Part shown: positions 1-9,586 of the stretch, piece after piece
Layout: each line of letters opens with the position of its first letter
Position numbering within the stretch: the stretch's first letter is position 1
Assembly: GCA_965116905.1 (NCBI GenBank)
Contig: OZ220732.1
Location: 1,728,001 to 1,792,000 of the forward strand
DNA: 64,000 bases
From: Longimicrobiales bacterium
Lineage (GTDB): Bacteria; Gemmatimonadota; Gemmatimonadetes; Longimicrobiales; Gaopeijiaceae
Reading direction: 5' to 3'
The notes under the pieces: generated by a model
The model's database searches: none
The model's input: only the letters and a program-made list of their open reading frames with translations
What the model was told of the DNA's origin: nothing
Program-made: the position numbers and the translations under genes

Positions 1-734
1 TTGCGCAGCTCCCTTAGATACTCGGGAACGGCCTCCAGCCCCTCCGCGAGGCTCGGGGGGTAGTGCACGGTCATCGACGCGCTGTTCGCCGCGTAGCGCA
101 TCAGGTCGTCCATGATCACGGGCGACAGCAGGAGCGCGTCGCCGTTCGGGTAGACCAGGCCGCCGGATTCGTACGGATGCCCGACGGAGACCACCACGTA
201 GCCGTTGGCCGCGAGGTGCTCGAAGAGCGCGGTCTGCTGGGCCGGATAGGACGTGTACCCGTGGTTGAAGCCGATGACGGGGAAGGAACCGGGCCGGGGC
301 TCCGCGTCCAGATAACTGTTCGAGGCGAGGGACGTGCAGCCCCTCAGCGCGTCCGCCGGCTGCTGAAGGGCGGGCAGGAGCATGCCGGGCAGCACCGTCG
401 CCTCAGCTTCGGTGAAGTAGGGGCGCGCTTGGGCATTGGCGCCCGGCGACTGCGCCGGATACCAGGCGCGGACGTAGAGCCGCCGGTGGGGGGTCGGCTC
501 CGGCGCGTACTGGGCGCTCCGCAGCGAATCGGTGACCTCGAACTCGACCGTACCGACCGCGTGGGGTCCGGAGACCGGTAGCCAGCTCGCGCAGTTCGCG
601 CCGTAGTCGTAGTCCTCCTGGGCTCCGGTCAAGGAAGGCGCCAGAAAGAGTCCCAGCATCGTGAGGGCGACCGACAGGGCGGTTCGCAGGGCGGTTGGCA
701 GGGCGGGATTCGGTCTCGTGGGGGCAGGTCTCAT
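1..734 (-). CDS. Exported alpha/beta hydrolase (PAF-acetylhydrolase/dienelactone hydrolase-like), runs off the left edge
   Basis: Not in the ORF track; translated by hand from ATG at 734: signal peptide, then SGPHAVGT...RRLYVRAWYPA...FPVIGFNHGYTS...FEHLAANGYVVVSVGHPYE. Confidence 0.8.
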   Translation of the reverse strand, partial: MRPAPTRPNPALPTALRTALSVALTMLGLFLAPSLTGAQEDYDYGANCASWLPVSGPHAVGTVEFEVTDSLRSAQYAPEPTPHRRLYVRAWYPAQSPGANAQARPYFTEAEATVLPGMLLPALQQPADALRGCTSLASNSYLDAEPRPGSFPVIGFNHGYTSYPAQQTALFEHLAANGYVVVSVGHPYESGGLVYPNGDALLLSPVIMDDLMRYAANSASMTVHYPPSLAEGLEAVPEYLRELR

Positions 735-900
735 TGTGGTTTGTCATGCTCCGGTTGGCGTGGCCGGCGGTTCGCACGGGAGATCATGGGCACTGTGGCG
801 AATCGCCGCCAGTATTCCGTGTGGCCTTGCCCGGCCATCCGCGCCGTCGCACTCTCGGGCGTCAACAACCGCGTCTCCCGGCCCACGGAGGATCCGCAAA

Positions 901-2367
901 ATGAGCATCGATCGAGTCGGCCGTCCGGCCCTCGCCGCGGCCTGGATGGCCGCATCCCTCGCCCATCCCGCTGCCTCCCAATCCGTCGACGCCGGCAAGC
1001 AGGCCGCGCTCGACCACGCGGTCGCACTGGAGGAACTGGTCGGCGAGATGTCCTCGCGGCTGTGGGACTTCTCCGAGATCGCGCTCGAGGAACACCAGTC
1101 CGCGACGTACCTGGAAGGTGTCCTGGAAGAGGAGGGCTTCAGCGTGGAGTCCGGCGTCGCCGGCATGCCCACCGCCTTCGTCGCGTCCTGGGGCTCCGGC
1201 CGCCCGATCGTCGGCGTGCTTGCCGAATACGATGCCCTGCCCAACATCGGCAACTCGATCCACCCCGGCCGCGCCCCCCGCGAAGACGGCCACCCCCACG
1301 GTCAGGGCTGCGGGCACAACCTATTCGGCGCGGCGTCGGTCGCGGCGGCCATCGCGATCAAGCGCATGATGGCCGACCACGGCACTGCCGGGACCATCCG
1401 CCTCTACGGCACTCCCGCCGAGGAGACCGTCGTCGGCAAGGTCTACATGGCCAGGGACGGACTCTTCGACGATCTCGACGCCTCCATCGTGTGGCATCCG
1501 GGGCAGAGCACCGGCGTCAGCAACAACCGCGCGCGTTCCCTCAACAACTTCGAGGTCACCTTCCGGGGGCAGGCGGCGCACGGCGCGGTCGACCCCTGGA
1601 ACGGACGCAGCGCGCTCGACGCGGTTGAACTCATGAACCACGGCGTGAACATGATGCGCGAGCACATCGAACCCAGCGCCCGCATCCACTACGTCATCCC
1701 CAACGCGGGTGACGCGCCCAACGTGGTGCCGGAATACGCCAGGGTGTGGTACTACGTGCGGGACACGACCCGCGTCGCAGTCGAGGAGAACTACGAGTGG
1801 ATTCTCGACATCGCGGCAGGCGCGGCACGGATGACGCGCACCGAACACGACACATTCCTGGTCACCGGTGTCCATCCGTACACGCTGGTCCGGCCGCTGC
1901 AGGAGGCGATGCAGGCCAACCTCGAAAGGGTCGGCGCCCCACGGTTCAGCGAGGACGACCACGAATTCGCGCGCGAACTGCAGTCCTTCCTCGGCGTGGA
2001 GACCTCCGGCCTGCGGGATACGATCGACCACCTTGCGGACGCTCCGCTGCCGGCTGGGGGCGGCTCCTCCGATGTGGCCGAAGTGAGCTACATCGCGCCG
2101 ACCGTGGAGTTCAGCGTGACGACCGCCGCCGAGCACGTCCCCTGGCACTCGTGGGCGACGAGCGCGTCCCACGGCACCGCCGGCGCGATCAAGGGTGCGC
2201 AGGTGGCGACGCGGGCGCTGGCGCTGATGGGTGCCGAACTGATGCTCGATGCGGACCTGTTGGCGCGGGCGAAGGAAGCCCACGCGCGGGAGACGGGCGG
2301 TGTGCCGTACAACTCGCCGATCCCCGAGGGGCAGGCGGTGCCGCTGCCGAAGGGTGGGGGGTCCTGA
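901..2367 (+). CDS. M20-family amidohydrolase, AbgB-like, with signal peptide
   Basis: LAEYDALP, GQGCGHNLFG, GTPAEE, WHP, GRSALDAVELMN, GSSDVAEVS; ATG at 901 with GGAGG upstream. Confidence 0.88.
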   Translation: MSIDRVGRPALAAAWMAASLAHPAASQSVDAGKQAALDHAVALEELVGEMSSRLWDFSEIALEEHQSATYLEGVLEEEGFSVESGVAGMPTAFVASWGSGRPIVGVLAEYDALPNIGNSIHPGRAPREDGHPHGQGCGHNLFGAASVAAAIAIKRMMADHGTAGTIRLYGTPAEETVVGKVYMARDGLFDDLDASIVWHPGQSTGVSNNRARSLNNFEVTFRGQAAHGAVDPWNGRSALDAVELMNHGVNMMREHIEPSARIHYVIPNAGDAPNVVPEYARVWYYVRDTTRVAVEENYEWILDIAAGAARMTRTEHDTFLVTGVHPYTLVRPLQEAMQANLERVGAPRFSEDDHEFARELQSFLGVETSGLRDTIDHLADAPLPAGGGSSDVAEVSYIAPTVEFSVTTAAEHVPWHSWATSASHGTAGAIKGAQVATRALALMGAELMLDADLLARAKEAHARETGGVPYNSPIPEGQAVPLPKGGGS

Positions 2368-2380
2368 GGGGATAGGGACA

Positions 2381-3598
2381 ATGATTCAGCCAACCCGACG
2401 ACCACGCTTGAGTTGTGCCGTCAAAGCCGCGGTCCTGTTGTTCGTAACCGAAACGGGCGTCTTTCCGGGCGAGCGCGGGCTGGCGGCTGCGATTGGCGAC
2501 CCGTCCAGCAGCTCCGAGCAGGATGTCGTCGCGCGACTTGGTGCCACAGCACTGTTCGATTCGGAAGACCATCCGGATGCGGCTGTGTCCGAGATCGGAC
2601 TCCTGGCCAAGGGGAAGATCCTGAGCGAGGAGCGCATCGTGCTGTTGGACGGCCGTAGACTCCTGTTCATCAACTCCTCGACCGGGGAGCTGAGGATGGC
2701 GGGGGGAGAGGGAGGTGGACCGGGAGAGTTTGCCGGATCAGGGCTGGCACTCGGCCTGTTCAAGGGACCGGACGGACTCACCGTCTGGGACCTCAACAAC
2801 GATCGCCGCTTGACGACATTTTCGGATTCGGGTGAACTCCTCGACACCAGGCGCGTCAACGTTTCCGGCTTCGACCACCCAACCGCGATTGCCCGGTTGT
2901 TTGCGGTGTTCAGCGATGGAAACCTGGCGTTTGTGGATGGCGGGTGGCCAATAGGACCGGTGTCGAGCGACGAGCGCCCGACCGAGTACCTCGTGGAAGT
3001 CGGTTTGGACGGGGAACGCCGGACGATCGTCGAATTCCTGGGGCAGGACGTGAGCTATGTGCTCTTTCCGCGCATCACGTATGTCGCGGTCGATGGTGAC
3101 CGCGTGGCGGTCGCCGACACCGAATCGGAGGAGATCCAGGTCGTTGACCGGAGTGGCAGGGTGGTGTATCGGATTCAGATGCCGGGGGAGAGGGTCAGAG
3201 TAGGCGAAGAACAAGTGGAAACCGCCTTGGCGCAGGCCCAGGCGAACTACATCCGCAGTGAGGAAGAAACCCTCAGGTACTTGACGCATCTGGGAAGGCC
3301 TACGGAGGGCCTTGCCATTCAGGTACCGGAAGAGCAGGCATACCGGCACAATGAGGTTGCTCCGCCCATCGACGCGGTTCGGTTTGATTCAAGTGGACGT
3401 TTGTGGATACGGCTCTATGTAATGCCTGGTGATGACGTCAAGCGCTGGACGGTGTGGGAGGAGGGGCGAAAGACGTTTTCGGTGGAGCTGGGCGCGAGAG
3501 AGAGGTGGTTGGATGCCCTTGGCAACCTCGTCCTCCTCCGAGTCCGGAACTCGCTGGGGGAGGATCGTGCTGTGGTCCGGGAACTGGTCTTCGGCTAG
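2381..3598 (+). CDS. Exported protein, probable 6-bladed beta-propeller
   Basis: GGEGGGPGEF and IDAVRFDSSGRLWIR motifs, N-terminal hydrophobic segment; start chosen at ATG 2381 after the upstream stop. Confidence 0.65.
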   Translation: MIQPTRRPRLSCAVKAAVLLFVTETGVFPGERGLAAAIGDPSSSSEQDVVARLGATALFDSEDHPDAAVSEIGLLAKGKILSEERIVLLDGRRLLFINSSTGELRMAGGEGGGPGEFAGSGLALGLFKGPDGLTVWDLNNDRRLTTFSDSGELLDTRRVNVSGFDHPTAIARLFAVFSDGNLAFVDGGWPIGPVSSDERPTEYLVEVGLDGERRTIVEFLGQDVSYVLFPRITYVAVDGDRVAVADTESEEIQVVDRSGRVVYRIQMPGERVRVGEEQVETALAQAQANYIRSEEETLRYLTHLGRPTEGLAIQVPEEQAYRHNEVAPPIDAVRFDSSGRLWIRLYVMPGDDVKRWTVWEEGRKTFSVELGARERWLDALGNLVLLRVRNSLGEDRAVVRELVFG

Positions 3599-3608
3599 AA
3601 GCCCAGCG

Positions 3609-4439
3609 TCAGTCCGCCTCGACCACCGCCAGCCGGCCCGAGATCTCGCGTAGTCTCAGCCACTGCTGGTAGTAGAACGGCAGCGCCAGCATCGATTCGA
3701 TGAACTGGAACACGTACATCACGATGGCGAAGACGGCGCCGTACTCGGCGGTGGATTGGGCCGCCGCGGTCACCGCGAAGACCAGCAGGCCCAGCATGAA
3801 CACCCAGTTGATCCCGAAGTTGGCGGCCTCCAGGTCGGACAGCTTGATGTTCCATCGCATCAGACGCCCGATGTGGCGGGCCACGCGCACCGGGTCGCCG
3901 CTGTCCACGGCATCGACCTGCCGCTCGTGTTCGTCGTTGAGGCCTTCGTTGTAACGGGTGGTGAGCTTTCCGGTCAGCGCGTAGAGGGTCACGGTCACCA
4001 GGCTGACCGCGAGGCATCCGATGAAGACCGGGAGGTTCAGAACCGACAGGATCAGCACGGTTCCGACGAGTCCCAGCGCGCTGTTGATCAACTCCGGGAG
4101 GGAGTTTTCGAAGAACTCGACGATCTCCTTGAGCATCCCCAGGCGGGCCGTCTTCGTGGACGTGCCGTGCTCGGCGGCGTCGACGACCATCTCCTGGCCG
4201 AGTGTCGTGTATATGCGCGCATAGGCGCGGCTGTCGACGAGGCGGCGGACGATGGCGATCGCCATGGTCACCGTACCGAGTACGCCGAGTTCGATGAGGC
4301 CCCGGAGCGTGTCGGACAGCACCGCGTCGATGGCGCGGCCGATGACCAGCGGGAAGAGGATCCATCCGGTCGCCTCCAGGACGACCAGGAGCATGGTACA
4401 CGCGAAACGGCCGGCAAAACGTCCCAGGAGGGCGCGCAT
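3609..4439 (-). CDS. Stand-alone ABC-transporter six-transmembrane-domain protein (no nucleotide-binding domain)
   Basis: LFPLVIGRAID, RRLVDSRAYARIY, EIVEFFENSLPELI, IKLSDLEAANF; about 6 hydrophobic segments. Confidence 0.75.
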   Translation of the reverse strand: MRALLGRFAGRFACTMLLVVLEATGWILFPLVIGRAIDAVLSDTLRGLIELGVLGTVTMAIAIVRRLVDSRAYARIYTTLGQEMVVDAAEHGTSTKTARLGMLKEIVEFFENSLPELINSALGLVGTVLILSVLNLPVFIGCLAVSLVTVTLYALTGKLTTRYNEGLNDEHERQVDAVDSGDPVRVARHIGRLMRWNIKLSDLEAANFGINWVFMLGLLVFAVTAAAQSTAEYGAVFAIVMYVFQFIESMLALPFYYQQWLRLREISGRLAVVEAD

Positions 4440-4527
4440 CAGTCAGTGCGTTCGGTGCGTTCCGGTGGTTTCCGGTCGGTTTCCGGTGGGTTGGTCGAAG
4501 CGTTCGTGGGATGGCTGGGCAGTGCCT

Positions 4528-4773
4528 CTACAGCGTGCGACTGTCCTGACGGTGTCCTCTGCGGGGGTCAATCCTGGGGGCGGTACGCGACTTCGCGTGT
4601 TGAAGATGCTCCACGGGCTCTTCCACCACCTCCGAACGGACCGGCGCGGCGTTGTCCTCCGCCGTCTCGAACCGGGTGATCCCGATCGCGCTCAGGATCA
4701 GCGCTGTAGACACCGCGAGTCCCAACGCGGTAAGTCTTCGGTTTGAACGTCGTCTCAAGTGTGCCCTGGTCAT
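4528..4773 (-). CDS. Small membrane-anchored or exported hypothetical protein (81 aa)
   Basis: Strong SD (GGGGGAGGA), basic N-terminus plus one hydrophobic helix, directly downstream of a sigma54 promoter. Confidence 0.6.
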   Translation of the reverse strand: MTRAHLRRRSNRRLTALGLAVSTALILSAIGITRFETAEDNAAPVRSEVVEEPVEHLQHAKSRTAPRIDPRRGHRQDSRTL

Positions 4774-4830
4774 TGTTCTTCCTCCCCCTGAATCCCGCGG
4801 AATGCCCTCCGGACCGCTGCATAGTTAGAC

Positions 4831-4847
4831 AGCAAAAACCGTGCCAG
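4831..4847 (-). promoter_or_regulatory. Sigma54 (RpoN) -24/-12 promoter
   Basis: Minus strand reads CTGGCACGGTTTTTGCT, matching TGGCACG-N4-TTGC, about 60 nt upstream of ATG 4773. Confidence 0.8.
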
Positions 4848-4906
4848 GGTTGCCTCGGCCATTTTGGCAGACGCGTTCGCGGACCAGGGGCCCCGCGCCG
4901 TCAGCC

Positions 4907-4951
4907 GCCCGCGAGCCGCCCGCGAGCTGCCCGCGAGCCCTCCCGCGAGCC
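4907..4951. repeat. About 4 copies of an 11-bp tandem repeat (GCCCGCGAGCC)
   Basis: Read directly from the sequence. Confidence 0.85.
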
Positions 4952-4998
4952 GTTATCTTGGTGACGAGCACGAGGAGCCTGATGCCGATGGAGGGGTA

Positions 4999-6099
4999 AT
5001 GGGCCGAGCAAGGAAGGCCGGACTGCCCGCGCTGATCATGACCTCCGTGGGGCTTTCGCCCGCGGCGGCGCAGGAAAACGTCGCGGCGCTCGAGAATCCG
5101 ACGCCCGTCGACGGAATTACCGAAGTCGCGGGGATCCGGGTCGGGCACTTCACCTATGCCGACGCCCACACGGGATGCACGGTCGTGATCGCCGACGGTG
5201 GCGCGACGGGAGGCGTCGACGTGCGGGGCGGCGCTCCCGGGACCGCCGAGACCGACCTGCTGGACCCGGTGAACACCGTGCAGGAGGTCAACGCGGTGGT
5301 GCTCTCGGGCGGGAGCGCCTTCGGCCTCGCCACACGGGACGGCGTCGTGCGCTACCTGGAAGAACGCGGCGAGGGCTACCGCGTGGGGGCCGACCTGGTC
5401 GTCCCGATCGTGCCGGCGGCGATCATCTTCGACCTGCGCCTGTCCGGCGGCGTTCGTCCCGGCCCCGATTGCGGGTACGCGGCCGCGGCCGGCGCCTCCG
5501 AAGGGGTGGTTGCGGAGGGGAACGTGGGCGCCGGCGCCGGTGCCACCGTGGGGAAGATGCGCGGGATGGCCATGGCCATGAAGGGCGGCCTGGGCACCGC
5601 GTCGATCACCCTGGAAGGCGGCCTCACGGTAGGCGCGATCGTCGTCGTCAACGCGGTGGGCGACGTGATCGACCCGAGCACGGGCCGCATCGTGGCGGGT
5701 GCCCGCACGGACGACGGCGGCTTCGCCGACGCCCGGCTCATTCTGCGCGGCGTCGTCCCCTCGAGCCGCCCGCGCGAGAACACCACGATCGGCGTCGTCG
5801 CGACCAACGCGCGTCTTACCCAGGCGGAAGCCGCGAAGGTGGCGCAGATGGCCCAGGACGGGCTGGCGCGCGCGATCGTGCCGGCGCACACGCCGGGTGA
5901 CGGGGACACCGTGTTCTCGCTGGCCACGGGGACGCTCGAGACCGGCTTCAACCTGGGGCAGGTGGGCGCGCTCGCCGCCGAAGTCATGGCGGACGCCATC
6001 GTGCGGGCGGTGCGCTCGGCCCATGGACTGCCATCGCTGCCCGCCGTGCGCGACCTGCCGGGAGACGCCGGGCCGGGGGCGCAGCCCGAGGGGCGATGA
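4999..6099 (+). CDS. P1/S58 (DmpA-like) peptidase, L-aminopeptidase/D-esterase family
   Basis: GIRVGH, TGCTVV, GVDVRGGAPGTAETDLL, LSGGSAFGL, EGNVGAGAGA, ENTTIGVVATNA, DGDTVF; start uncertain. Confidence 0.9.
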   Translation: MGRARKAGLPALIMTSVGLSPAAAQENVAALENPTPVDGITEVAGIRVGHFTYADAHTGCTVVIADGGATGGVDVRGGAPGTAETDLLDPVNTVQEVNAVVLSGGSAFGLATRDGVVRYLEERGEGYRVGADLVVPIVPAAIIFDLRLSGGVRPGPDCGYAAAAGASEGVVAEGNVGAGAGATVGKMRGMAMAMKGGLGTASITLEGGLTVGAIVVVNAVGDVIDPSTGRIVAGARTDDGGFADARLILRGVVPSSRPRENTTIGVVATNARLTQAEAAKVAQMAQDGLARAIVPAHTPGDGDTVFSLATGTLETGFNLGQVGALAAEVMADAIVRAVRSAHGLPSLPAVRDLPGDAGPGAQPEGR

Positions 6100-7493
6100 A
6101 CGCAACCCTGGCGGGGCTGCTCCTCTACGTCGTCCTCATCACGGCGGTGGGCCTCGCGATCGGGCGCCGCGTGTCGGGCACTCGGGACTTCTTCGTCGCG
6201 GGCCGCGCGCTCGGGCCCGGGTTGCTTTTCGCCACGCTTCTTGCGGCGAACATCGGCGCGGGGTCGACCGTCAACGCGGCGGGCCTGGGGTACCAGCACG
6301 GCATCGCGGCGTGGTGGTGGGTCGGATCGGCGGGGATCGGCACGCTGGTGCTGGCCTTCTGGCTCGGGCCGCGCATGTGGCGCGTCGCCCGGGAGCACTC
6401 GCTGCACACCGTCGGCGACTACCTGGAGCTCCGCTACGGCCCGTCGGTGCGGGCTTCCATGGCGGCGCTGCTCTGGCTCGGTACGCTGGCCATCCTCGCG
6501 GGGCAGCTGATCGCCATGGCCTGGATTCTGGAGGTCGTGGCGGGTGCGCCGAAGTGGCTGGGGGCCGTCGCCGGCGGACTGGTGATGACGGTCTACTTCA
6601 TGGCGGGAGGACTCCTCAGCTCGGCCTGGGTCAACCTGGTGCAGCTGGTCGTGCTGGTGGCGGGCTTTCTGATCGCCGTGCCGCTGGCGCTCGACGGAGC
6701 CGGCGGCTTTGCGGCGGTGCTGGAGCATGCCCGCTCGACGCCGGAGCACCTCGATTTCATGAGCAGCGGTGACTCGGGTTGGCCCTACCTGATCCTGCTG
6801 GCCCCCGCCTTCATCGTCTCGCCCGGGATCCTGCAGAAGACCTTCGGCGCGCGCGACGTGCGCACCGTCCGGCTGGGATTGAGCGCCTGTGGAGCGGCCC
6901 TGCTGCTCTTTGCGATCCTGCCGCCGCTCCTGGGGATGATCGCGCACGCCGTGGCCCCGGGGCTCGACAATCCCGAAACCGCGCTTCCGGAGATCCTGAC
7001 CCGCGGCGTGCCGGCGTGGGCGGGCCTCCTTGGTCTCGCCGCGGTGCTCTCGGCCGAGATCAGCTCGGCGGACGCGATTCTCTTCATGCTCTCCACCTCG
7101 TTGTCCAAGGACCTGTACAAGCGGTTCGCGAAACCGGACGCGACGGATGCGCAGGTGCTGCGTGTCGCGCGCATCGCGGCGGCTGCGGGCGGCTCTGCCG
7201 GGGTGCTGCTGGCGGTCATCATCCCGACGGTCGTGGACGCCCTCAGCATCTTCTATTCGCTTCTGGGCGTGAGCCTCTTCGTGCCGGTCGTGGCCGGGCT
7301 GCATTCGCGGCGTCCCGGCCCGGCCGAAGCACTGGCGGCGGCGGCGGCCGGGGTTCTGGTGCTTCTCGTCGCGCGCCAGTGGGGGAGCGGTCCGGCCTGG
7401 ATGGTTCCGTCGGCGTGGGGGCTGGTTTCGGCGGCTGCCGCGTACGGTGTATTCTTCGCGGCGCGACGCATGACGAGGACCACGAGCACATGA
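6096..7493 (+). CDS. Sodium:solute symporter (SSS) family transporter
   Basis: DFFVAGRALG, AANIGAGSTV, TVGDYLELRYG, SAEISSADAIL; many TM helices; ATGA overlap with upstream gene. Confidence 0.9.
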   Translation: MNATLAGLLLYVVLITAVGLAIGRRVSGTRDFFVAGRALGPGLLFATLLAANIGAGSTVNAAGLGYQHGIAAWWWVGSAGIGTLVLAFWLGPRMWRVAREHSLHTVGDYLELRYGPSVRASMAALLWLGTLAILAGQLIAMAWILEVVAGAPKWLGAVAGGLVMTVYFMAGGLLSSAWVNLVQLVVLVAGFLIAVPLALDGAGGFAAVLEHARSTPEHLDFMSSGDSGWPYLILLAPAFIVSPGILQKTFGARDVRTVRLGLSACGAALLLFAILPPLLGMIAHAVAPGLDNPETALPEILTRGVPAWAGLLGLAAVLSAEISSADAILFMLSTSLSKDLYKRFAKPDATDAQVLRVARIAAAAGGSAGVLLAVIIPTVVDALSIFYSLLGVSLFVPVVAGLHSRRPGPAEALAAAAAGVLVLLVARQWGSGPAWMVPSAWGLVSAAAAYGVFFAARRMTRTTST

Positions 7494-8500
7494 GCATCTT
7501 CCCCGACGAGATCCGCACCTGCGAGATGCACACCGGCGGCGAGCCCGTCCGCATCGTCACGTCCGGCTATCCGCAAATCCCCGGCGCCACGATCCTCGAC
7601 AAGCGGCGCTACGCGAGGGACGAGCTCGACCACCTGCGCCGATTCCTGATGCACGAGCCCCGCGGCCACGCGGACATGTACGGCGTGATTCCGGTCGAGC
7701 CGGATCATCCGGACGCCGATCTGGCGGTGCTCTTCTGTCACAACGAGGGCTACTCGACGATGTGCGGCCACGCGACGATCGCGATGGCGCGCCGGGCGGT
7801 CGACGAGGGCCTGATCGAGGCGCGGGAGCCGCGCACGACGGTGCGCATCCAGTGTCCCTGCGGCCTCGTGACCGCGCACGTGCAGGTTCGGGACGGGCGC
7901 GCCGGGATGGTCCACTTCGAGAGCGTGGGGGCCTTCGCGCCCCTCCTCGACGCGAAGGTGGACGTCGAGGGCGTGGGGCATGTGGCGGTGGACATCGCTT
8001 ATGGCGGTGCCTTCTACGCGTTCGCCCCGGCTTCCCGGTTCGGCCTGGACGTTCGCACCTCTCCGGCGCGCACGCTGGTCGACGCGGCGTGGGCCGTCAC
8101 CTGCGCGGCCAAGGCCCAGCTCGACCTCGACCACCCCGACCACCCGGATCTCGCGTTTCTCTACGGGACGATCCTCACCGATGGCGGCCACGGGCGTACT
8201 CGCCCCAGCGCCAATGTGTGCGTCTTCGCGGACCGCCAGGTGGATCGCAGTCCGACGGGCAGCGGGGTGACCGCCCGCATGGCCATCCAGAAGGCACGAG
8301 GGCTCGCCGGCGTGGGTGAGGAGCGCCGTTTTTCGAGCGTGACGGGGAGCGTGTTCACGGGATGCATCGTGGAGGAGACGCGGGTGGCCGAGCACGAAGC
8401 CGTGACGGTATTGGTTGGGGGGCGGGCCCACTACACGGGGTCGGCGCGCTTCCGTCCCGAGGCGGAGGATCCCCTGGTGGGGGGATTCAGGGTACGATGA
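7490..8500 (+). CDS. Proline racemase family protein, probable trans-3-hydroxy-L-proline dehydratase
   Basis: MHTGGEPVRI, EPRGHADMYG, HNEGYSTMCGH, DIAYGGAFY, DRSPTGSG (Cys/Thr catalytic pair); ATGA overlap. Confidence 0.85.
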   Translation: MSIFPDEIRTCEMHTGGEPVRIVTSGYPQIPGATILDKRRYARDELDHLRRFLMHEPRGHADMYGVIPVEPDHPDADLAVLFCHNEGYSTMCGHATIAMARRAVDEGLIEAREPRTTVRIQCPCGLVTAHVQVRDGRAGMVHFESVGAFAPLLDAKVDVEGVGHVAVDIAYGGAFYAFAPASRFGLDVRTSPARTLVDAAWAVTCAAKAQLDLDHPDHPDLAFLYGTILTDGGHGRTRPSANVCVFADRQVDRSPTGSGVTARMAIQKARGLAGVGEERRFSSVTGSVFTGCIVEETRVAEHEAVTVLVGGRAHYTGSARFRPEAEDPLVGGFRVR

Positions 8501-8615
8501 CGGGCGGCGGCGGCGGCGCCACGGTCGTCGGGTGCCGAGCCGGCGGGGATTGTGCTGCGGGGGCCGAACGCGCCTATTCTCCCGCATGATCAAGCGAAGC
8601 GGATTGCACGGACAA

Positions 8616-9542
8616 ATGGACCGGAAGCGCTTCCTGCGCGCGGCCGGGCTGGGGTGGGGTGCCGCGTGGCTGGGAGGATGCGCGCGGGAGCGGATGTCGG
8701 ACGGGGCGGGCGAGGGGAGCGGGGACTCGACGGTCGGCGGGGAGCAAGGTGACGGTGCCGCCACGGCCGCCGGGTCCGAGCCCCTCCTGGAGACGATCGG
8801 AGTCCAGCTGTACACCGTCCGCTCCCTGATGGCCGAGGACGTGGCCCGGACATTGGACGCGGTCGCGGCGATCGGCTACGACGAGGTCGAGTTTGCCGGC
8901 TACTTCGGCCACGAGCCGGCGGTCGTGCGGGCCTGGCTCGATGCGTCGGGGCTGACCGCGCCCGCGGTGCACGCGGATCTGGACGCGATCACCGGCGAAG
9001 CGTTGGAAGCCACCCTCGAGGCCGCGGCCGTCCTGGGACACCGCTGGCTGGTCGTCCCCTGGATACCGGAGGCGATGCGCACCGCCGACGGATACCGGGA
9101 GGTGGCGGACCTGCTGAATGAGGCCGGCAGTATCGCAGCCGCGGCAGGCGTTCGCGTGGGCTACCACAACCATGCCTTCGAGTTCGATGTGCTGGACGGC
9201 TCGTCCGACGCCGGTGCAGGGACCACGGGGTACTCGCTGCTCCTGGAACACCTGGACCCCGCCGTCGTCGACCTGGAGATCGACTTTCACTGGTCGGCCG
9301 TCGGTGGTGCCGACGCATTGGAACTCTTCGCCGCACACCCGGGCCGCTTCCCGCTCTGTCACGTCAAGGACCTCACCGCCGATGGCCGGATGGCCGATGC
9401 CGGGGCGGGGGTGATCGACTGGCCCGGGCTGTTTGCGCGCTCCGCAGAGGCCGGGTTGGTCCACTACTTTGTGGAGCACGACCAGCCGGCCGACCCGCTG
9501 GCTTCGATCGACGCCAGCTATCGCTACCTTTCCGCGTCCTAG
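8616..9542 (+). CDS. Sugar phosphate isomerase/epimerase (xylose-isomerase-like TIM barrel), Tat/lipoprotein-like signal
   Basis: MDRKRFLRAAG...LGGC; GVQLYTVR, GYHNHAFEF, EIDFHW, HVKD, YFVEHD. Confidence 0.85.
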   Translation: MDRKRFLRAAGLGWGAAWLGGCARERMSDGAGEGSGDSTVGGEQGDGAATAAGSEPLLETIGVQLYTVRSLMAEDVARTLDAVAAIGYDEVEFAGYFGHEPAVVRAWLDASGLTAPAVHADLDAITGEALEATLEAAAVLGHRWLVVPWIPEAMRTADGYREVADLLNEAGSIAAAAGVRVGYHNHAFEFDVLDGSSDAGAGTTGYSLLLEHLDPAVVDLEIDFHWSAVGGADALELFAAHPGRFPLCHVKDLTADGRMADAGAGVIDWPGLFARSAEAGLVHYFVEHDQPADPLASIDASYRYLSAS

Positions 9543-9586
9543 GCAGCCCGTGGACAAAATCCCCCCGGCATTCGAGCGGCGAGCCA

